NCBI GenBank assembly: GCA_043806315.1
Contig: JAZDHF010000044.1
Location: forward strand, 1 to 62,363
From: Planctomycetota bacterium
Lineage (GTDB): Bacteria > Planctomycetota > Phycisphaerae > UBA1845
Length of the DNA stretch: 62,363 nt
Direction of reading: 5' to 3'
Each line of letters starts with the position of its first letter. The first letter of the stretch is position 1. Below, piece by piece: positions 56,793 to 62,363 of the stretch. The translations under genes and the position numbers were made by a program. The notes beneath the pieces are model-generated. The model saw nothing but the letters and a program-made list of their open reading frames with translations. It made no database searches and was not told the origin of the DNA.

Positions 56793-57677
56793 TTACAGCA
56801 GCGCCGCGACGGTTTCGCCGATTTTCGCGGGCGAATCGGCGACGGTGACCCCGGCCTCCTTCAAGGCGGCGATTTTGGATTTCGCCGTGCCCTCCCCGCC
56901 GCTGATGATGGCCCCGGCGTGGCCCATGCGCTTGCCGGGCGGGGCCGTCTGACCGGCGATGAAGGCGACGATCGGTTTGGTCACGTTGTGCAGGATGTAC
57001 TTGGCCGCTTCCTCCTCGTCGGTCCCGCCGATCTCGCCGATCATCACGATGGCGTCCGTTTTGGGGTCCTTCTCAAACATCTCCAGCAGCTCAATGAAGT
57101 TCAGCCCCTTCACCGGGTCGCCGCCGATGCCGATGCAGGTGGATTGGGCGAAGCCCCGCGTCGTGCATTGCCAGACGGCCTCGTAGGTGAGCGTCCCGCT
57201 ACGGGAGATGATGCCTACGCTCTTGCACTTCCCGTCGGTCGGCTTGTGGATGTAGCCGGGCATGATCCCGATCTTGCACTCACCGGGCGTGATGATCCCC
57301 GGGCAGTTTGGGCCGATCAGGAACGTTTTCTTCTCATCGAGGAACTGCCGAATGCGAACCATGTCGAGCGTCGGAATCCCCTCGGTAATGAGCACGATGA
57401 GCGAGCATCCGGCGTCGGCGGCCTCCATCGCGGCGTCGGCGGCGAACGGCGCGGGCACGAACATCATCGACACGTCGGCGCCGGTGGCCGCGACCGCGTC
57501 GTGACAGGTGTCGAACACCGGCAACCCGTGCTCCGACTTCGTCCCTCCCTTGCCGGGCGAGACCCCGCCGACCATCTTCGTGCCGTATTCCAGACACCCC
57601 GCGGTGTGGAACGCCCCGGCCTTGCCGGTGATGCCCTGACAGATCACCGTCGTATCGCGATTGACCAGAATGCTCAT
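56793..57677 (-). CDS. sucD: Succinyl-CoA synthetase alpha subunit
   Basis: [21 protein letters not shown]..., [15 protein letters not shown] and the phospho-His region [18 protein letters not shown]. 294 aa. The 395-aa maximal ORF is an upstream run-on. Confidence 0.95.
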   Translation of the reverse strand: MSILVNRDTTVICQGITGKAGAFHTAGCLEYGTKMVGGVSPGKGGTKSEHGLPVFDTCHDAVAATGADVSMMFVPAPFAADAAMEAADAGCSLIVLITEGIPTLDMVRIRQFLDEKKTFLIGPNCPGIITPGECKIGIMPGYIHKPTDGKCKSVGIISRSGTLTYEAVWQCTTRGFAQSTCIGIGGDPVKGLNFIELLEMFEKDPKTDAIVMIGEIGGTDEEEAAKYILHNVTKPIVAFIAGQTAPPGKRMGHAGAIISGGEGTAKSKIAALKEAGVTVADSPAKIGETVAALL

Positions 57678-58100
57678 GCTGACCGCCGATCGCTGCCGTT
57701 GTTCGCCGTTGCCATCCCAGCGATAAATCGCTGGGCTATTCTCAAGTGCCCCTACGGGGCACGGTGCCGGCAGATCGGAGGGATGATAACGGTCCGTCGT
57801 TGGACCGTCGAGTCGCGCGGACGATCGCGGTTTTTCGCCGTCCGAGAAAGGTCCCGATCCCACCATGTCGCTGCGTTTCTCACCTGACCCGGGCCTCGGC
57901 CTCCGCCTTCGTATCGTAGAGTCGTTCGGAGGGGACGAAGCACAGTGGGTCGCGGGGTACTCCGTTGTGGGACGCCGCAAGAGACGCGGCGTCGACGACG
58001 GCCCCAGCAGGTTGTCCGCGACTGAATCAGCCCTGAGCGGCCGCCATCAACCGGAAGCGTTGGTGGGGAAGCCGGCCAAAGACTAAGGGGGGAAGAAGCT

Positions 58101-59399
58101 GTGTGCGTCCGAAAAATGGCGGACGGTGGGGCCGCGCGCCTCGCCGGTCTCGTGGCTCGCGCCTTGATCGCCCCGAGCCTTGCGTTAGTCCTAAACGGGT
58201 GCGGCGTCAACGTCGGCTCTCCACCGAGCGACGGATCGCCGTCGACCTCTACGCTCTCCACGCTGAATCTCGACGCCATCCCCACGTTCTACGAGAACGA
58301 CGCCAACAACCTGTTGGATCTCGCGCAATCCATCGCCGTGACGGGAGAGCCGCAGGCCATCCGCGGCAGCATCAGCAGCGCCGACGATGTGGACGTCTAT
58401 GACCTGGGCCCGGTCGAGCCGGGGGACCACATCGTCGTCAACATCACCGCCGACGACTCGCTGACGGCGGCGATGGCCCTTTTTGACGATGCCGGGGCGG
58501 CCTTGCTCATCAACGACCATCGCAACGTTTATCTCGGGCGATATGGACCCTTCATCGACGTGGTCATCCGCCGCCCGTCGCAGTCGTCCTTCGTCGCTCT
58601 CGCCTCGACGCCGGGGTACGCCTCGACGGGCGACTATGTTCTCACCGCGGTCGACGAATTCCCCACGCCGATCCCCGACCCGCGACCGGACGTGATCCTG
58701 TTGGACTTCGCCCGCGAGAAGAACCTGCGCATCGGCAGCCGTCCGGTCATCGACGTGCCTGCCTTCGACGCCGCCAACATTTCTTCCGCCTACCAGGGAA
58801 GCACCGACGATATGATCGCCCGGATCGTCGCCCGCGTGCGTGAGGACTTCGTCGCCTACGACGTGACCATCGTGTCCACCAGCGAGGGTGCGGCATACGA
58901 TGGGAAGATGAGCCGGATCCATTTCGGCACGTTCGATCCGGCGTTGCTAGGCGTCGCGGAGGGCGTGGACGAGTTCAACGCCGCCGGCGCTCAAGAAGCG
59001 ATCGTCTTCACGGATACGTTTTCCGCGTTCATGCCGCTCGCCCCGTCGGTCGCCGACATGGCCCAAGCCGTCGCCAACGTCGCCAGCCACGAAATCGGGC
59101 ATCTACTCGGCTTGGTCCACACCAACAACGCCGACGATCTGATGGACGTCACCGCGAGCCTGAGCGAGCTGCTGCTCGACCAGGATTTCGCGAAGTCGCC
59201 GCTCTACTCCGCCGTGTTTCCGTTGGGTAATCAAGATTCGGTCCAATCGTTGCTCGATGCCCTGGGCGGCGATGAGGAACTTGCTCATCAAAAGAGCCAG
59301 GAGCGCGATCGTTCGAGAGTGCAGGTCCGCGATCGACCCTGGTTGCCGCCGGCGCGGGCGTCCAGCATGTTGAGCGGCTGCGGGTTGCACGGGCACTAA
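58101..59399 (+). CDS. Lipoprotein with PPC-like (pre-peptidase C-terminal type) domain and metzincin Zn-protease domain
   Basis: The lipobox is LVLNGC. DDVDVYDLGPVEPGDHIVVNI looks PPC-like and HEIGHLLGLVH is an HExxHxxGxxH motif. An alternative ATG is at 58116. Confidence 0.75.
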   Translation: MCVRKMADGGAARLAGLVARALIAPSLALVLNGCGVNVGSPPSDGSPSTSTLSTLNLDAIPTFYENDANNLLDLAQSIAVTGEPQAIRGSISSADDVDVYDLGPVEPGDHIVVNITADDSLTAAMALFDDAGAALLINDHRNVYLGRYGPFIDVVIRRPSQSSFVALASTPGYASTGDYVLTAVDEFPTPIPDPRPDVILLDFAREKNLRIGSRPVIDVPAFDAANISSAYQGSTDDMIARIVARVREDFVAYDVTIVSTSEGAAYDGKMSRIHFGTFDPALLGVAEGVDEFNAAGAQEAIVFTDTFSAFMPLAPSVADMAQAVANVASHEIGHLLGLVHTNNADDLMDVTASLSELLLDQDFAKSPLYSAVFPLGNQDSVQSLLDALGGDEELAHQKSQERDRSRVQVRDRPWLPPARASSMLSGCGLHGH

Positions 59400-59428
59400 A
59401 CGACCGCGCGTGATTGTGCAACAGCTCT

Positions 59429-59523
59429 CCGAACCCCAAGGCGCAAGCGCGGGGCTGGCATCCCCCCTCTCCGAGGGGGGACAAAAGGGGGGTGAGGGCC
59501 GGTCGCTTGCGCTCCCGGTTCGG
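59429..59523 (+). terminator. Compound hairpin after the first metzincin gene, enclosing a C6/G6 element
   Basis: The outer stems are CCGAACC...GGTTCGG and GCGCAAGCG...CGCTTGCGC. The inner element is ATCCCCCC-TCTCCGA-GGGGGG-ACAAAA-GGGGGG-T (59460-59497), the same family as 31672-31716. Confidence 0.55.
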
Positions 59524-59586
59524 ATCGGCGTCGCAGGATGGAACACGCCGATATAGGTTGCATCCATCGGCCTCCGACCTATAACT

Positions 59587-60864
59587 ATGCCGAGACCGGC
59601 GGAACGGAGAGTGTCTCGGATGAGGAATGGACTCATGAAGGCTGTGTTTGGCCAAGCGGAGTCGCACGAGGGTCTTCCCGTGCGGGGTCGCGTCGGCCTG
59701 ATCGGTTGGTTCATCGTTGTTATCTGGGTGGGCGGCTGCCCGTCGATCGTGGTTCCGCCCGACGGCGGCGGGCCGATCGTGGACGGCAATCGGGATACCT
59801 CCGTGACCAGCACCCTCGGAAAGACCTCCGGCGAGCCGAACGACGCATTCAGCGACCCGGTCGTCGCGGTCTTTGATTCGACCGGCACGGCCCGGTTGCA
59901 GGGGACGGTGGAGACCGTGGACGACCTTGACGTTTATCTGCTCGGACGAATGTCGCCCGGTGATCGGATCATCGTGGACGCCTACGCCAATGGCTCCCCC
60001 TTGGACGTCACCATTGCCCTGTTCGACGACCAGAGCCGCCTAGTGTACAACAACGACGACCGTCAAGCTCAAACCTCCTGCGGACAGGACATTCAGCCCC
60101 CGACGTCGCTTGACGCCTACATCGACTTTGTCGTCCGCCATGCGGGTAATCCCTACTACTTGGCGGTAACCCGTTCACCCTTCGCCTCCAGCAACATGTT
60201 GATCGGAAGTTACCGGGTGGATATCACCGCGAAATCGGGGTTCGACGTGCCGCCGCCGGCCGTTCAGACCTTGTTGCTCGACTTTGACGGTGCGGTGGTG
60301 AACTCGCCCATGCTCGGTCAGATGACGCTCCTGCCCTTCGACGCGGCCGCCATCGCCCCCGTGTATCAGGGGACGACCCAAACGGTCAAGGACCGCATCC
60401 GTGACGTGTTTGATCAGAACTACGAGCGCTTCAATGTGATCATCCTCACCACCGACGATCCGCCTCCGCCGCCGGGCACGGTTTATTCGACGATCTTTTT
60501 CGGAGGCTTCGACCGCAGCGCCTTCGGCCTGTCGGAGGACGTGGACCTGTACGACATCGATCGCTGTGACGATGCCATCATCTTTACCGAGTCCTTCACC
60601 CCGTCCGTCTTTACAGGCGTGCCGACGGCCGTCGAACTCGGGACCGCGATCGGCAACGTAGGTGCGCACGAGGCCGGGCACTTGTTGGGATTGAACCATA
60701 CAGACGATGATCTAGATCTGATGGACGATCAATCGCCCGCGGACGCCTTCCTGGACGACCAGGAGTTCAAAGAGGCGCCCTTGTCCACCGACATTATGCC
60801 CATCGGCACGCAGGACGGCGTGCTCCTGCTGGACGAAATCGTCGGACCGCGCGACGCAACGTAA
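59587..60864 (+). CDS. Paralogous lipoprotein with PPC-like domain and metzincin Zn-protease domain
   Basis: The lipobox-like segment is VIWVGGC. DDLDVYLLGRMSPGDRIIVDA looks PPC-like and HEAGHLLGLNH is HExxHxxGxxH. The architecture matches the upstream gene. The start is uncertain (M1, M12 or M17). Confidence 0.75.
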   Translation: MPRPAERRVSRMRNGLMKAVFGQAESHEGLPVRGRVGLIGWFIVVIWVGGCPSIVVPPDGGGPIVDGNRDTSVTSTLGKTSGEPNDAFSDPVVAVFDSTGTARLQGTVETVDDLDVYLLGRMSPGDRIIVDAYANGSPLDVTIALFDDQSRLVYNNDDRQAQTSCGQDIQPPTSLDAYIDFVVRHAGNPYYLAVTRSPFASSNMLIGSYRVDITAKSGFDVPPPAVQTLLLDFDGAVVNSPMLGQMTLLPFDAAAIAPVYQGTTQTVKDRIRDVFDQNYERFNVIILTTDDPPPPPGTVYSTIFFGGFDRSAFGLSEDVDLYDIDRCDDAIIFTESFTPSVFTGVPTAVELGTAIGNVGAHEAGHLLGLNHTDDDLDLMDDQSPADAFLDDQEFKEAPLSTDIMPIGTQDGVLLLDEIVGPRDAT

Positions 60865-60867
60865 AGA

Positions 60868-60958
60868 GAATTACGAATTACAAATTACGAAAAATGAATG
60901 GCCGACCGCCTGTCTGTAATCTGTAATTCGTAACTCGTAATTCGTAACTCGTAACTCG
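60868..60958. repeat. Second heptad-built palindrome of the AATTACG family
   Basis: The left arm is GAATTAC GAATTAC AAATTAC GAA (60868-60891). The right arm is CTGTAAT CTGTAAT TCGTAAC TCGTAAT TCGTAAC TCGTAAC TCG (60914-60958). It begins 4 nt after the stop codon. Confidence 0.75.
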
Positions 60959-61015
60959 CTTCCCGCAGAACCATTTGAGGCATCGCGGAGCCGTCGGCCG
61001 GTCGGTTCACCGGCC

Positions 61016-61258
61016 TTGGGGGGACGGAACATGACGCCTCTGTATGCCCATTGCCCGTACTGCGGGTTTCCGGTCGTCGTGAACGGAATCGAGCGGGTCA
61101 TCCCACGCCGGTGTCGGCAGTGCCGCGAGGAGTACACGCCCGGCGTGCCGCCTCGTCGCAACCAAGCCGCCACGCGTGAAGGACGGTCCGTGGCCGTCGA
61201 GCATCAGCGAGCGACGCTGCGTGCCCGAATCAAGCAGCGCCGCCGATCGCTCCAGTGA
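61016..61258 (+). CDS. Small zinc-ribbon protein (hypothetical)
   Basis: CPYCGFPV...RRCRQCREEY gives a CxxC...CxxC pattern, with a basic C-terminal tail. The likely start is MTPLY at 61031. The overlapping antisense ORFs lack any motif. Confidence 0.45.
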   Translation: MGGRNMTPLYAHCPYCGFPVVVNGIERVIPRRCRQCREEYTPGVPPRRNQAATREGRSVAVEHQRATLRARIKQRRRSLQ

Positions 61259-61381
61259 GGACGGTCGCGTCGCGACGGGCTGGACGCTATACTGGCGGAC
61301 GTAGCCTCGGCCCTGACGGATCGGCCGGCGCCGACGAGCTATGAGGATGAATCGTTCCCGTTCCGGGCGAACCCGTACGAC

Positions 61382-61978
61382 GTGAAAACGGAACTACGCC
61401 AACGGCTTCGGAAGGTCCTGGCCGGCATCCCGCCCGACGAGCTCGGCGCACGGTCGCTCCGCGCCTGTCACCGGCTCTTTGAGCAACCCGAGTATCTCGG
61501 GGCCGAGGTCATCATGGTGTTTCTCTCCCTGCCCACCGAGATCGAAACCGCCCCCATCGTCCTTCGCGGCTGGCAGGATCGAAAGCGGATGCTCGCCCCG
61601 AAGGTCAGTTGGAGCCAACGGCGAATGTTGCCCGTGGAAATCCGCTCGCTTACCGAGGACCTGGTCGTCTCCACGATGGGCATCCGCGAGCCGGTGTCGG
61701 GCATTCCGTTCCCGATATCGTTGATCGATCTGGTCATCGTACCCGGTCTGGGTTTCGACGAGTTCGGAAACCGCCTGGGCCGGGGGCGGGGGTTCTACGA
61801 TCGGTTCCTTTCGCATTCGGAGTTTCACGGCGTCGCCTGCGCCTTGGCCTTCGAGGCTCAGATGACCCCGGCCGTCCCCGTTGGACCACTCGATCGTCAC
61901 GTCGATATGCTCGTCACCGACGAAAAAGTCCGACGATTCTCTTCTGGAGGCGACGCCCAGGGCGATTCACGGAGTTGA
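61382..61978 (+). CDS. 5-formyltetrahydrofolate cyclo-ligase
   Basis: 198 aa, family pattern ...MVFLSLPTEIETAPIV... and VIVPGLGFDEFGNRLGRGRGFYDRFL. GTG start. Confidence 0.85.
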   Translation: MKTELRQRLRKVLAGIPPDELGARSLRACHRLFEQPEYLGAEVIMVFLSLPTEIETAPIVLRGWQDRKRMLAPKVSWSQRRMLPVEIRSLTEDLVVSTMGIREPVSGIPFPISLIDLVIVPGLGFDEFGNRLGRGRGFYDRFLSHSEFHGVACALAFEAQMTPAVPVGPLDRHVDMLVTDEKVRRFSSGGDAQGDSRS

Positions 61979-61984
61979 TCCGAG

Positions 61985-62004
61985 CCGCGGCATTCATGCC
62001 GCGG
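61985..62004 (+). terminator. GC hairpin after the cyclo-ligase gene
   Basis: CCGCGGCA-TTCA-TGCCGCGG is an 8-bp perfect stem 7 nt after the stop. It is followed by GTGTGTATG, so there is no clean U-tract. Confidence 0.4.
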
Positions 62005-62334
62005 GTGTGTATGCCCCGCCCATCAATGGGGCGGCTCGGGTCGAGGGCACGGACCGGAGTCTGCTCTACGCATCCGCCCGCCACGTCGGTTCGCGGGTCC
62101 TCGGCGTTGGCCGCGTCATTCGTCGAATCGCCTCCGCGAACTGCTCGTCGTCCTTCACGATCGCCCGCAGATGATCAAAAGATCGGTGGCACGATCATGC
62201 CGGCGCCGTTCCCAGGGGATCGACCCTCACCCTTACCCATAACTTTTGGAGTTTCTGCGGTCCGGGGACCGAATAAAGAATGTCGCTGTTCGCGCGAACG
62301 AGCTGTGAAGGAGTTCTGAACAGGAGGTTCACCG

Positions 62335-62363
62335 ATGACGGAGATTCTGCGCGCAGCGGATTG
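62335..62363 (+). CDS. 5' end of an unidentified CDS running off the window
   Basis: The ATG is preceded by AGGAGG with 7-nt spacing. Only 9 codons (MTEILRAAD) are visible. Confidence 0.35.

Noticed and set aside
56607-57887. 426-aa plus-strand ORF
   Set aside because: It is antisense to sucD, one of the best-supported genes in the window.

Overview
High-GC (roughly 60-65% by eye) bacterial chromosomal segment. Gene content and repeat families suggest a Planctomycetota-like organism, which is inference only. Most of the window is housekeeping or envelope genes: thiE fused to a ThiD2-like domain, prkA-yeaH-spoVR, a very long secA, a fused HyuA/HyuB 5-oxoprolinase-type enzyme, adk, gatCA, sucD, a 5-formyl-THF cyclo-ligase and a glycosylation/O-antigen-ligase-like cluster. 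Several small mosaic patches interrupt this. (1) The left edge carries mobile-element debris: an internally deleted serine recombinase and a possible RT fragment. (2) A tRNA-Arg(ACG)-linked islet holds an integrase N-terminal remnant lying in frame upstream of a Type IIG restriction-modification enzyme. (3) An accessory patch at about 32.2-43.6 kb begins where a DUF4392(D-glutamate-cyclase-like)-MurD-like fusion gene stops without its Mur-ligase C-terminal domain. It then contains low-complexity repeats, two IS fragments, an HMBD mini-protein, a CusCBA/CzcCBA-type RND metal-efflux operon and a ~2 kb AT-richer two-gene cassette. That cassette (unknown acidic protein plus a DUF5678-like/retropepsin-like aspartic protease) is bracketed by two diverged copies of the cusA 3' end. 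(4) A minimal RAYT (HUH/Y1 transposase) unit is flanked by inverted REP copies. Several short repeat families recur: AATTACG-heptad palindromes after stop codons, a C6/G6 hairpin element including one in-frame copy inside a CDS, a TCCTTCGAGNCTCAGGACAAG motif, a GGCTTCCAGCC hairpin, a GTCATTCTGAGCGAAGCG double inverted repeat and CCGCGGGCTTGCGCC hairpins. No rRNA or CRISPR array was seen. All calls rest on reading the six-frame translations and the DNA by eye. Coordinates of non-ORF features may be off by 1-2 nt.
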